Origin: Alphaproteobacteria bacterium
Lineage (GTDB): Bacteria > Pseudomonadota > Alphaproteobacteria > JACZXZ01
Direction: 5' to 3'
Assembly (NCBI GenBank): GCA_035294245.1
Contig: DATGLG010000004.1
Span: forward strand, 386,592-450,591
Length of the DNA: 64,000 nt
Below the pieces are notes generated by a model. It ran no database searches and had not been told where the DNA came from. It worked only from the letters and a program-made list of their open reading frames with translations. Within the stretch, counting starts at the first letter, position 1. Every line of letters begins with the position of its first letter. Below are positions 29,399 to 38,948 of this stretch, piece by piece. The translations under genes and the position numbers were made by a program.

Positions 29399-30424
29399 AT
29401 GGGGTATAGAGTCGCAGTGGTGGGCGCGACCGGCAATGTCGGTCGCGAGATGCTGCAAACTCTCGCCGAGCGGGGCTTCCCCGCCGACGAGGTCGTGGCG
29501 CTGGCGTCCGAGCGCTCGGTGGGCAAGCAGGTCTCCTTCGGCGAGGAGAGCACGCTTAAGGTCCGCGACCTGGCCACGTTCGACTTCAAGGGCATCGACA
29601 TCGTCTTGTCCTCGCCGGGCGCCAAGGTCTCGGCTGTGCATTCCCCGCGTGCGGCGAAGGCCGGGGCGGTCGTCATCGACAACACCTCCCATTTCCGCAT
29701 GGAGCCCGACATACCTCTGGTTGTCCCCGAAGTGAACGCGCAAGCGATCAAGGGCTACAGCAAGCGCAACATCATCGCCAATCCCAATTGCTCCACGATT
29801 CAGATGGTGGTGGCGCTCAAGCCGCTCCACGATCTTGCCAAGATCCAGCGCGTCGTCGTCGCCACCTATCAATCGGTCTCCGGCGCCGGCAAGGAGGCCA
29901 TGGACGAGCTCTTTGAGCAGACCCGCGGGATCTATGTCGGGGATCAGCCCGAGCGGAAGAAGTTCACCAAGCAGATCGCCTTCAATGTCATTCCTCATAT
30001 CGACGTCTTCATGCCGGACGGCGCGACAAAGGAGGAATGGAAGATGGTGGTCGAGACGAAGAAGATTCTCGATCCCGATATCGCCGTTTCGGCCACCTGC
30101 GTACGGGTGCCGGTTTTCATTGGCCATGCCGAGGCGGTGAACGTCGAGTTTACCAAGCCGATCTCCGTCGAGGATGCGCGCGAGGCGCTCAAGGCGGCGC
30201 CGGGCCTCTCGGTCGTCGATTATCGCGTGGACGAGGGCTATGTGACGCCGGCCGAGGCGGCGGGCGAGGATCCCGTCTATGTCAGCCGCATCCGCCAGGA
30301 CCCGACGGTGAAGAATGGCCTCAGCTTCTGGGTGGTCGCCGACAATCTGCGCAAAGGGGCGGCCCTCAACGCCGTCCAAATCGCCGAAGAGCTGGTCAAA
30401 TCCCACATGCGCAAGGCGGCGTGA
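29399..30424 (+). CDS. asd: Aspartate-semialdehyde dehydrogenase
   Basis: MGYRVAVVGATGNVGREM… NPNCSTIQMVVAL (active-site Cys)… 341 aa. The track ORF has a non-coding-looking N-terminal extension from 29219. Confidence 0.95.
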   Translation: MGYRVAVVGATGNVGREMLQTLAERGFPADEVVALASERSVGKQVSFGEESTLKVRDLATFDFKGIDIVLSSPGAKVSAVHSPRAAKAGAVVIDNTSHFRMEPDIPLVVPEVNAQAIKGYSKRNIIANPNCSTIQMVVALKPLHDLAKIQRVVVATYQSVSGAGKEAMDELFEQTRGIYVGDQPERKKFTKQIAFNVIPHIDVFMPDGATKEEWKMVVETKKILDPDIAVSATCVRVPVFIGHAEAVNVEFTKPISVEDAREALKAAPGLSVVDYRVDEGYVTPAEAAGEDPVYVSRIRQDPTVKNGLSFWVVADNLRKGAALNAVQIAEELVKSHMRKAA

Positions 30425-30453
30425 ATCGCGTGTGAGATACAGTGACGATCGGG

Positions 30454-30482
30454 GCGGCCTGCGGGCCGCCTCTTCTTCTTTG
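30454..30482 (+). terminator. Rho-independent terminator downstream of asd
   Basis: GGCGGCC-tgcg-GGCCGCC hairpin followed by TCTTCTTCTTT, directly read from sequence. Confidence 0.5.
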
Positions 30483-30526
30483 GCGCCGTCGTTGGCGCCG
30501 GCGCCAACCGAGCTGGGGAGGGGTTT

Positions 30527-31696
30527 ATGCCCGTGATTGATCGCATCCGCTCCTACCATCAAGATCTCGTGCGCATCCGCCACGACATTCACGCACATCC
30601 CGAGCTCGGCTATCGTGAGACCCGCACCTCGGACCTCGTCGCGGCGCAGCTCCGAGCCTATGGCATCGAGGTCCACCGAGGATTGGCGAAGACCGGCGTC
30701 GTGGGCCGCCTCAAGGCGGGCACCGGGAATCGAGCGATCGGCCTCCGCGCCGATCTGGACGCGCTGCCGATCCACGAGCGCAACGAGTTCGGCCATCGCT
30801 CCCAGCATGACGGCGTCATGCATGCCTGCGGCCATGACGGCCATACCACGATGCTGCTCGGTGCCGCTCGCTACCTCGCCGAAACCCGCAATTTCGATGG
30901 TACGGTTCATTTCATCTTCCAGCCGGCCGAGGAAGGCGGCGGCGGCGCGCGGGTCATGATCGAGGAGGGGCTTTTCGAGAAATTCCCCTGCGACGAGGTC
31001 TACGGGATGCACAACTGGGGAACGGCCCCCGCCGGTATTTTCGGTATCCGCCCCGGCCCTCTCATGGCGGCGTCAGGCAGCTTCGATCTCACCATTGCCG
31101 GCAAGGGCGCCCATGCGGCGCGTCCCGAGCAGGGGGTTGATCCCGTTGTCGTCGCCGCCAATACGGTGATGGCGCTGCAGACGATCGCCAGCCGCAACAT
31201 CAGCGCGATTGATGCCGTCGTCGTCAGCGTGACGCAGATTCACGGCGGGGACGCCTATAACGTGATTCCCGAGGAGGTCGTGCTGAAGGGCAATGTGCGG
31301 GGTTATAAGCCCGAGGTTCTCGAGAAGCTCGGCCCGGCGATCCAACGCATTGCCGACGGCGTCGCCGCGACCTATGGCGCCAGGGCGAAGCTCGACTTCC
31401 GCATGACATATCCCCCTCTGATCAATCACGCGCGCGAGACCGAGATCGCCGCGAATGCGGCGGCCGAGGTGGTGGGCGAGGAAAACGTCGATCGCAATAT
31501 GCCGCCCCGTACCGCCTCCGAGGACTTCTCCTTCATGCTTCAGGCACGCCCCGGCGCCTTCATCTTCATCGGCAATGGCAAGGGCGAGACAAGCTGCGAC
31601 GTCCACAACCCGCGTTACGACTTCAACGACGATATCATCCCGCTTGGCGCGAGCTTCTTTGCGCGACTGATCGAGAAGAGCCTGCCAAAGCGATGA
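30527..31696 (+). CDS. M20-family amidohydrolase (hippurate hydrolase / N-acyl-L-amino acid amidohydrolase-like), paralog 1
   Basis: HPELGY…CGHDGHT…FQPAEEGGGGA are metal-binding motifs of peptidase M20D. 389 aa. Confidence 0.85.
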   Translation: MPVIDRIRSYHQDLVRIRHDIHAHPELGYRETRTSDLVAAQLRAYGIEVHRGLAKTGVVGRLKAGTGNRAIGLRADLDALPIHERNEFGHRSQHDGVMHACGHDGHTTMLLGAARYLAETRNFDGTVHFIFQPAEEGGGGARVMIEEGLFEKFPCDEVYGMHNWGTAPAGIFGIRPGPLMAASGSFDLTIAGKGAHAARPEQGVDPVVVAANTVMALQTIASRNISAIDAVVVSVTQIHGGDAYNVIPEEVVLKGNVRGYKPEVLEKLGPAIQRIADGVAATYGARAKLDFRMTYPPLINHARETEIAANAAAEVVGEENVDRNMPPRTASEDFSFMLQARPGAFIFIGNGKGETSCDVHNPRYDFNDDIIPLGASFFARLIEKSLPKR

Positions 31697-31702
31697 TCTC
31701 CG

Positions 31703-32326
31703 CTATGTCCAGATGTGGATGAGCACGGCACCGCCGAAAAGCAGCATGACGACCCCGGACGCGGCGTGAATCCATCCCAAATAGACGTCCGAGACCTGTC
31801 GGCGAAAGAAGGCGACCCCCCCGCAGAGGATCGCCCACCATAGCGCGGAGCCAAGAAAGACACCGGCCGTCACCGCAGCGCCGCCTAAGAAGGTCTCGGT
31901 TCCCGTGGTGATGCCGACGGCGACGAAAACGGCGGTCAGCGAAAAAATGGTGATGGGGTTGGAAATGGTGAGCAGGAATGTCGTCACCCAATCCTGCGCC
32001 AGCCGATTGGCATTGGCGCGCTCGCTCGGTGGCTGCCATTTGGTGATGAGCGTGTGCGCGCCCATGACGAGCAGTAGAAGACCGCCTGCAAGCTGGAACC
32101 AATATTGCTGGCGGGTGAGGAAATGCGCGACGAAACTCACGCCGAAGGCGGCGATGGCACCAAAACTCGCATCCGCCAAGGCGGCACCTATGCCCGAGGC
32201 GAGGCCGTAGAGCATGCCTTTGGTGAGCGATCGCTGGATGCAGAGAATACCGACCGGGCCGATCGGTGCCGCAATCGCGAAGCCCACGGCGATGCCTTTG
32301 ACGAACAACAGAAAATGCAAATCCAT
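31703..32326 (-). CDS. LysE/RhtB-family amino-acid efflux translocator
   Basis: 207 aa, six TM segments, N-terminal GxxxxxxxGP motif (AAPIGPVGILCIQRSL). Confidence 0.8.
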   Translation of the reverse strand: MDLHFLLFVKGIAVGFAIAAPIGPVGILCIQRSLTKGMLYGLASGIGAALADASFGAIAAFGVSFVAHFLTRQQYWFQLAGGLLLLVMGAHTLITKWQPPSERANANRLAQDWVTTFLLTISNPITIFSLTAVFVAVGITTGTETFLGGAAVTAGVFLGSALWWAILCGGVAFFRRQVSDVYLGWIHAASGVVMLLFGGAVLIHIWT

Positions 32327-32419
32327 GCGGCCATCGCCAAGATGTAGCCGTGCCGCGCTCGCATGACGCGACCTGTGCCGGCACGCACGAGGCCCGCTCG
32401 AGAAGCGGAGGCGACCCCT

Positions 32420-33286
32420 TTAGCGCATCTTGCTCGCTTTGAACAGGCGCTTGGGTTTGGTGAAGGCGTCTTGCGCGGCGACGAGGGCCAACTCATCGCT
32501 ACGCGTGGCTTTCGTCGCGACCATCACGCCATGAACACCCGAGACGGCGTATGACAAAGCTTTGGTCAGGCGCCGCGATTTGAGGTAATGGCCGAGAAAA
32601 AGCGCTGCGAAGAGATCGCCGGCGCCGCTTGCAGGAGCCTCGATCCACGGCGCCTCGGCGTATAGCGCACGCCGATGCTCGACAGCGAGCGCGCCGATTT
32701 GGCGCCGCCCGCGGGTCTCGCGCTCCACGCCGGTCACCACGACGAGGCGCGGCCCCCGCGTGAGCAGCAGGCGAGCCGCCGCGTAAGCCGATTCCGGGCC
32801 GTCGACGGGACGACCCGTCAGGTAGGCGAGCTCAAAGGTATTGGGCACCAGAATGTCGGCGGCCGGCAGCGCCTCATCGCGGAAGAAGGCGGGGATATCG
32901 GGGTGCACGAAGAATCCCTTCTCTGCATCGCCCATGACGGGATCGCAGCAATAGACGCCGCTCGGATTCGCGGTGCGGATGCGGCGCACCGCATCGAGGA
33001 GATGGACGCCAAGGGACCTATCGGCCAGATAGCCGCTCAGCACGGCGTCGCAAGCGACAAAGCCGCCGCGCGCATCGATCCCGTCGAGCATCGTCGCAAT
33101 CTCCCCGGGCGTGCTCACCCGGCCTCGCCAGGTGCCGTGGCCCGGATGATGCGCGAGCATCGCCGTCGCGATGGGCCACACTTCAAAGCCGAGCCGTTGG
33201 AGCGGCAGAACGGCCGCGCTATTCCCCACATGGCCAAGCGCCACGGTGGATTGGATCGAGAGGATGTTCATTCCAAGCGGCTCCAT
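32420..33286 (-). CDS. pdxY: Pyridoxal kinase (PdxY/PdxK type, ribokinase superfamily)
   Basis: NILSIQSTVALGHVGNSAAV…DPVMGD…GAGDLFAALFLG is the pyridoxal kinase signature. The start may be the internal Met (MNILS). Confidence 0.85.
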   Translation of the reverse strand: MEPLGMNILSIQSTVALGHVGNSAAVLPLQRLGFEVWPIATAMLAHHPGHGTWRGRVSTPGEIATMLDGIDARGGFVACDAVLSGYLADRSLGVHLLDAVRRIRTANPSGVYCCDPVMGDAEKGFFVHPDIPAFFRDEALPAADILVPNTFELAYLTGRPVDGPESAYAAARLLLTRGPRLVVVTGVERETRGRRQIGALAVEHRRALYAEAPWIEAPASGAGDLFAALFLGHYLKSRRLTKALSYAVSGVHGVMVATKATRSDELALVAAQDAFTKPKRLFKASKMR

Positions 33287-33403
33287 GCGACGGACGGGAG
33301 CTTGCCACGAGCGATATCCAGTGCCTAGCGCTCTGCGCGCCTTGCCACCCCACGCGCTTCCTTGTTAGGGTTTCGCAATCGGGTGGGGATCCTCGAGGGA
33401 GCG

Positions 33404-34291
33404 ATGGACCAGACAACGAGGCCACGCCGGAGTGTGCTTTATATGCCGGGCTCCAATGCCCGCGCGATCGAGAAGGCGCGTTCGCTCCCTGCCGATGGGC
33501 TTATTCTCGATCTCGAGGATGCGGTAGCGCCCGACGCGAAGGCCTCGGCCCGCGAGCAGATTGCCGCGGCGCTCAAGCAAGGCGGCTATGGCGCTCGCGA
33601 GCTCATCGTCCGCATGAACGGCCTCGAGACACCGTGGGGTGCCGCCGATATCGCGATGATCGCGCGATCCGGAGCCGATGCTATCCTGGTTCCCAAGGTC
33701 GAAAGCGCCGCGATGATCCATGACGTGGAAAGGCGCCTCGGCGAGGCCGGCGCACCGGCGTCGCTTGCGATCTGGTGCATGATGGAGACACCCCTCGGCA
33801 TGCTCCACGCGGAAGCGATCGCCGGGGCGTCGCGCCGGATTGGCTGCCTTGTCATGGGGACTTCGGATCTGGCGAAGGACCTGCACGCCGCCCATACGCG
33901 CGAGCGCCTTCCGATGTTAACGAGTCTCGGGCTCTGCTTGCTCGCGGCGCGTGCCTTCGGGCTTGCCATCCTCGACGGCGTGCATCTCGACCTCGCCGAT
34001 GATGAAGGCTTCGCCCAAGCCTGCCGCCAGGGCAAGGAGCTCGGCTTCGACGGCAAGACCCTCATCCATCCCAAGACGATCGCGACGGCCAACGACGTGT
34101 TCGCGCCCTCGCCTGACGACGTGGCCTGGTCGCGCCGGATCATCGAGGCTCACGCGCGGGCGGCGGAAGACGGCAAGGGGGTGGTTCTGATCGATGGGAA
34201 GCTGATCGAGAATCTTCACGTCGAGAACGCGCGGCGACTCGTGGCCCTCGCCGAGGCGATCGCGAGGCTCGAGGCGACCTCCGCCGCGTGA
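33404..34291 (+). CDS. HpcH/HpaI aldolase-citrate lyase beta (CitE)-like CoA-ester lyase/thioesterase
   Basis: SVLYMPGSNARAIEKARSLPADGLILDLEDAV…ELIVRMN…DAILVPKVESA…GFDGKTLIHPKTI is the CitE/malyl-CoA lyase family fold. The Met at 33404 is chosen. Confidence 0.75.
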   Translation: MDQTTRPRRSVLYMPGSNARAIEKARSLPADGLILDLEDAVAPDAKASAREQIAAALKQGGYGARELIVRMNGLETPWGAADIAMIARSGADAILVPKVESAAMIHDVERRLGEAGAPASLAIWCMMETPLGMLHAEAIAGASRRIGCLVMGTSDLAKDLHAAHTRERLPMLTSLGLCLLAARAFGLAILDGVHLDLADDEGFAQACRQGKELGFDGKTLIHPKTIATANDVFAPSPDDVAWSRRIIEAHARAAEDGKGVVLIDGKLIENLHVENARRLVALAEAIARLEATSAA

Positions 34292-35352
34292 TGCGCGAGG
34301 CCAAGTCCCGCATCGGTAATTTCTTCGAGGATTTTGTCCTCGGCCAGGAGATTGCGCATGCCGCCCCGCGCACAGTGAGCGTCGGCGATACCGCCCTCTA
34401 TACGGCGCTGACGGGCTCCCGTTTCGCTCTCCAATCCTCCGACGAGTTCGCACGTCGAATCGGATATCGCCAGGCGCCGGTCGACGATTTTCTCGTCTTC
34501 CACATCGTCTTCGGCAAGACCGTGCCCGATATTTCTCTAAACGCCGTGGCGAATCTCGGCTATGCCGATGGCCGCTTCTTGGCGCCGGTCTATCCCGGAG
34601 ATACGCTGTCGGCATATTCGCGCGTGATCGGGCTTCGCGAGACCGCGAGCGGCAAAAGCGGCATCGTCTATGTGCGCACTATCGGCGCCAATCAGCACGG
34701 GGAGCCAGTTCTCGAATACGTGCGCTGGGTAATGGTTCGAAAGCGGAACGAGAACGCACCGTCTCCGCGCTCCGTGCTGCCGGAGTTGTCAAGCTTTGTG
34801 GCGCCGTCGGCCCTTAGCGTCCCCTCGGGGCTCACGCTCCATCGCTATGACGCGATTTCCGCCGGCTCACGCCACACATGGAACGATTATGCGGTGGGGG
34901 AGCGCATCGACCACATCGACGGGATGACAATCGAAGAAGCCGAGCATATGATGGCGACGCGGCTTTACCAGAATACGGCCCGCGTTCACTTCAACCAGCA
35001 CGCTCAGCAGGCGGAGCGTGCCGGCCGAAGGCTCGTCTATGGCGGTCACGTCATCAGCATTGTTCGCGCGCTGAGCTTCAACGGCCTGGCCAACGCCTTC
35101 AAGGTGGCGGCGATCAATGGCGGCCGGCATGCGAACCCGGTTTTCGCGGGCGACACGCTCTATGCCTGGACGGAAGTCCTCGATTGCTGGGAGATTCACG
35201 GCCGGCAGGATATCGGTGCCCTCCGGCTGCGCAGCATTGCGACCAAGGACCATGCTTGCGCCGGATTTCCCGATAAGAACGCCGACGGAACGTTCGACCC
35301 GGCAATCGTGCTCGAACTCGACTACACGGTGCTGATACCGCGGCGCGGCTGA
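34288..35352 (+). CDS. MaoC-like double hot-dog (R)-enoyl-CoA hydratase/dehydratase (mesaconyl-CoA or itaconyl-CoA hydratase-like)
   Basis: 354 aa with two hot-dog halves, sized like mesaconyl-CoA hydratases. Start overlaps the upstream CitE-like gene stop. Confidence 0.7.
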   Translation: MMREAKSRIGNFFEDFVLGQEIAHAAPRTVSVGDTALYTALTGSRFALQSSDEFARRIGYRQAPVDDFLVFHIVFGKTVPDISLNAVANLGYADGRFLAPVYPGDTLSAYSRVIGLRETASGKSGIVYVRTIGANQHGEPVLEYVRWVMVRKRNENAPSPRSVLPELSSFVAPSALSVPSGLTLHRYDAISAGSRHTWNDYAVGERIDHIDGMTIEEAEHMMATRLYQNTARVHFNQHAQQAERAGRRLVYGGHVISIVRALSFNGLANAFKVAAINGGRHANPVFAGDTLYAWTEVLDCWEIHGRQDIGALRLRSIATKDHACAGFPDKNADGTFDPAIVLELDYTVLIPRRG

Positions 35353-36061
35353 ACCCTCCGGCCGCTCCGGCATAGTTCGCTAAACCGATCGCTTCCGCCC
35401 GTCGGTGGATCCCGGCACGCCGTTTCCCGGCCGCAGGCCGAAATAAAATAGAAGGAGGCGTCAGGAGCGCAAGTCGCGAAACCCACGCTACGTGTCCGGG
35501 CGGGACACTCCTGACGCCTCTGGAGCCGAAGCTCCGCGGCATTCGAAAGCGGCCCGGCTTCCGCCCATCGCGCCTTGGCAACGCTCCCGTAAAGGAGCAT
35601 GCCCTGCTCGACAGCGTACCCTTCTGGCGAAGGGATCGCCCGCGTGAGATCCACCCGACGGCTTCCCCGCCCTTCCGTCGCAACGCTCCTCCGCAGAGAA
35701 GCCTCGCGCCTGGCCTCGCAGTCCGAGGACCCGAGCTTCCACGGCGGTCTGGCCAACCCGAAGGCCGACCGTAACGCCCCGGAAAAGGGCGGCTCACCGG
35801 GAGTTTGATCTCCCGTCCGATGACAGTGGTCCGAGGACCAACTTGCCATCGGGCCCGACGGTGCCGCTCCCGAAGGATCGGCCTCGTCTCGAAGCTTTCT
35901 TCCACCGCCTGCCGCAAAAATCCGAGGATCTTCGCGGGCCGGCTTGGGGATACTTGCCTCTGCGCTTTCGTGCGCCAACTAGATACTGTCTCAGCTCAAA
36001 TAAGTCTGCAATAAAAAAATCGGTTATTATTGAAAAAACCTGTGAGTAATTTGCTCGATTC

Positions 36062-36100
36062 TTCACAATGACTCCACAATTGACTCACACAATTGTCCAC
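36062..36100. promoter_or_regulatory. Three tandem CACAAT(T)G-containing repeats in the AT-rich tract upstream of sdhC
   Basis: ttCACAATGACTC CACAATTGACTC ACACAATTGTCC, each carrying the CAATTG palindrome, preceded by the A/T-rich stretch 36000-36060. Confidence 0.4.
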
Positions 36101-36336
36101 AGGCGCGCCGCGATGCCGCTCCAGCTGGGCATGAGCGCTGCTATCGACGGATCGGTATTTTCATCGGCGTTCGAGTGACGCGCTGCGGTGCGGAAGTTGA
36201 CTTGGCGGGAAGCGCGCCCTAGAACCTTGGCGGGGCTGGCTCATCGACCGGAATACTTCGCTAGCTCTTCGAAGCAGGAGCAGGGCGGCGTAGACCCTCG
36301 CAGCCTCTGGAAATTCGCGCAGACGATGGCGTTCGC

Positions 36337-36732
36337 ATGACCGTTCGCAACAGGCCGCTCTCGCCGCACCTCCAAATCTATCGTTGGCAGCTCACTTCGG
36401 TCATGTCGATCCTCCACCGGGCCACGGGGATCGCCCTTGCGCTCGGAGCGCTGCTTCTCGTGTGGTGGATCGCCGCCGCGGTGCGGGGGCCCGAGGCCTT
36501 CGCGGGCGTCCAGGGCTTCATCGGGTCGCTTCTCGGCCGCGTCCTGCTCTTCGGCTGGACCTGGGCCCTGTTCTACCATCTGCTGAACGGTATCCGGCAT
36601 CTTTGCTGGGACGCGGGTTGGGGGTTCTCCCTCGCGGACACCTATCGCAGTGGTTGGCTGGTCGCGACCGGCTCGGTGGTACTGACGCTCGTCGCCTGGA
36701 TCGTCGGTTATGCCGTTCTCGGAGCCTGGTGA
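36337..36732 (+). CDS. sdhC: Succinate dehydrogenase cytochrome b556 subunit
   Basis: RPLSPHLQIYRWQLTSVMSILHRATGIAL is the SdhC signature with a heme His. 131 aa. Confidence 0.9.
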   Translation: MTVRNRPLSPHLQIYRWQLTSVMSILHRATGIALALGALLLVWWIAAAVRGPEAFAGVQGFIGSLLGRVLLFGWTWALFYHLLNGIRHLCWDAGWGFSLADTYRSGWLVATGSVVLTLVAWIVGYAVLGAW

Positions 36733-37113
36733 ATGAGCATTCGCACGCCTCTCGGCCGCGTCCGCGGCCTCGGTTCCGCAAAGGAAGGCGTCCAACACTG
36801 GTGGATGCAGCGCCTCACGGCGCTCGCCCTGGTGCCTCTGTCCTTGTGGTTCATTTTCACCATGGTTGCCCATGCGGGCTACGATCACGGGCAGATCGTC
36901 GGCTGGCTCGGACATCCGAGCAATGCGGTGCTGCTCATCCTCCTCCTCGCCGCGACCTTCCATCACGCCCAGCTCGGCCTGCAGGTGGTGATCGAGGACT
37001 ATGTTCACGGCGAGGGGGCGAAGCTTGCCGGCATCATCATCGTCAAGTTTCTCGCCGTGCTGCTCGCGACGGGCGCAATCGTCGGAATTCTCAGACTCGC
37101 TCTCGGGAGCTAA
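36733..37113 (+). CDS. sdhD: Succinate dehydrogenase hydrophobic membrane anchor subunit
   Basis: 126 aa, three TM helices, WMQRLTALALVPL motif. Lies between sdhC and sdhA. Confidence 0.9.
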   Translation: MSIRTPLGRVRGLGSAKEGVQHWWMQRLTALALVPLSLWFIFTMVAHAGYDHGQIVGWLGHPSNAVLLILLLAATFHHAQLGLQVVIEDYVHGEGAKLAGIIIVKFLAVLLATGAIVGILRLALGS

Positions 37114-37119
37114 CGCCTG

Positions 37120-38910
37120 ATGGCCAAGGCCTACGAGATCATCGACCATAGCTATGACGTCGTCGTGGTGGGAGCCGGCGGCGCGGGGCTGCGTGCCACG
37201 CTCGGCATCGCCGAGAAGGGACTCAAATGCGCCTGCATCACCAAGGTGTTCCCTACGCGCAGCCACACGGTCGCCGCCCAGGGGGGGATCAGCGCAGCGC
37301 TCGGCAATATGGGCGAGGATGATTGGCGCTGGCATATGTACGACACGGTCAAGGGCTCCGATTGGCTGGGTGACCAGGACGCCATCGAGTACATGTGCCG
37401 CGAAGCCGTTCCGGCGGTGATCGAGCTCGAGCATTATGGCGTGCCTTTCTCTCGAACGCCGGAAGGCAAGATCTACCAGCGCCCCTTCGGGGGCATGACC
37501 ACGCGTTTTGGCGAGGGCACGGCGCACCGCACCTGCGCTGCCGCGGATCGCACCGGCCACGCGATCCTCCACACGCTCTATGGTCAGGCGGTGAAGCGTC
37601 GGGCGGAATTCTTCATCGAATATTTCGCTGTCGACCTGATCATGGACGACGAGGGCGCCTGCCGCGGCGTGATGGCGTGGAATCTCGACGACGGCACCAT
37701 GCATCGCTTCGAGGCGCCTCTCGTGATACTGGCGACCGGCGGCTATGGCCGCGTTTATTTCTCCTGCACCTCAGCCCATATCTGTACCGGCGACGGCAAC
37801 GCCATGGTGCTGCGCGCGGGCCTGCCCCTCCAGGACATGGAATTTGTCCAGTTCCATCCCACGGGCATTTACGGAGCCGGCTGCCTGATTACCGAGGGCT
37901 CGCGGGGCGAAGGCGGTTATCTCACCAACTCGGAAGGCGAGCGCTTCATGGAGCGGTATGCGCCGCACGCCAAGGACCTCGCCTCGCGCGACGTGGTGAG
38001 CCGGTCAATGACCATCGAGATCCGCGAGGGGCGCGGTTGCGGCCCCAACAAGGATCACGTTCTTCTTCATCTCGAGCATCTCGATCCGAAGGTCCTGCAC
38101 GAGCGGCTTCCCGGCATCTCGGAGACGGCCAAGATCTTTGCCGGCGTCGATGTCACGAAGGAACCGATTCCCGTGCTGCCTACCTGCCACTACAACATGG
38201 GTGGAATCCCGACCAATCATCAGGGCGAGGTGGTCACGCGCCTCAACGGCGATCCCGACCATGTGGTGCCGGGCCTCATGGCGATCGGCGAGGCAGCCTG
38301 CGTTTCGGTGCATGGGGCGAATCGCCTCGGCTCGAACTCGCTGCTCGATCTCGTGGTATTCGGTCGTGCCGCCGCCCAGCGCGCAACGGCCCTCGTCGAG
38401 CCCGGCGAGAGGCGACGTCCGCTGCCCAAGGGGGCCGGCGAAGCGGCACTGGCGCGCTTGGACCGCTTGCGTTACGCCGATGGCTCAACGCCGACGGCGA
38501 AGCTTCGCCTCGAGATGCAGCGGACGATGCAGAGCGACTGCGCAGTCTTCCGCACCGGCGACGTGCTGCGGGATGGGGCCAAGAAGCTCGAGCAATGTTG
38601 GCAGAAGCGCGCCGATCTCAAGGTCAGCGACCGCTCGCTGATCTGGAACAGCGATCTCGTCGAGACTCTCGAGCTCGACAATCTGCTATCCCAGGCAATC
38701 TGCACGATGGGCTCGGCGCTGAGCCGCGAGGAGAGTCGCGGGGCCCATGCGCGCGAAGACTTTCCGAAACGGGACGACGAAAATTGGATGAAGCATTCGC
38801 TCGTCTGGTTGAACGAGAAGGGCGAATACAGCCTCTCGGATCGCCCCGTGCATATGCAGACGCTGACCAACGAAGTGCAATCGTTCCCGCCCAAGGCCCG
38901 CGTCTACTGA
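37120..38910 (+). CDS. sdhA: Succinate dehydrogenase flavoprotein subunit
   Basis: [15 protein letters not shown]…[11 protein letters not shown] (FAD-linked His)…HYNMGGIPT. 596 aa. Confidence 0.97.
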   Translation: MAKAYEIIDHSYDVVVVGAGGAGLRATLGIAEKGLKCACITKVFPTRSHTVAAQGGISAALGNMGEDDWRWHMYDTVKGSDWLGDQDAIEYMCREAVPAVIELEHYGVPFSRTPEGKIYQRPFGGMTTRFGEGTAHRTCAAADRTGHAILHTLYGQAVKRRAEFFIEYFAVDLIMDDEGACRGVMAWNLDDGTMHRFEAPLVILATGGYGRVYFSCTSAHICTGDGNAMVLRAGLPLQDMEFVQFHPTGIYGAGCLITEGSRGEGGYLTNSEGERFMERYAPHAKDLASRDVVSRSMTIEIREGRGCGPNKDHVLLHLEHLDPKVLHERLPGISETAKIFAGVDVTKEPIPVLPTCHYNMGGIPTNHQGEVVTRLNGDPDHVVPGLMAIGEAACVSVHGANRLGSNSLLDLVVFGRAAAQRATALVEPGERRRPLPKGAGEAALARLDRLRYADGSTPTAKLRLEMQRTMQSDCAVFRTGDVLRDGAKKLEQCWQKRADLKVSDRSLIWNSDLVETLELDNLLSQAICTMGSALSREESRGAHAREDFPKRDDENWMKHSLVWLNEKGEYSLSDRPVHMQTLTNEVQSFPPKARVY

Positions 38911-38948
38911 CCGGTCGCCTCGAATCCGGCGCGCCAAAGGAATAATCG

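Noticed and set aside
35440-35960. RNase P RNA, tmRNA or cobalamin riboswitch in the hairpin-rich spacer
   Set aside because: I looked on both strands for the universally conserved RNase P blocks (GGAAAGUCCGGGCUCC, GGUAAGAGCGCACC, ACAGAACCCGGCUUA), a tRNA-like TTCGA T-arm ending in CCA, and a B12 box, and found none. The only TTCGAA occurrence lacks a complementary T-stem. The region is therefore left as an unclassified structured element.
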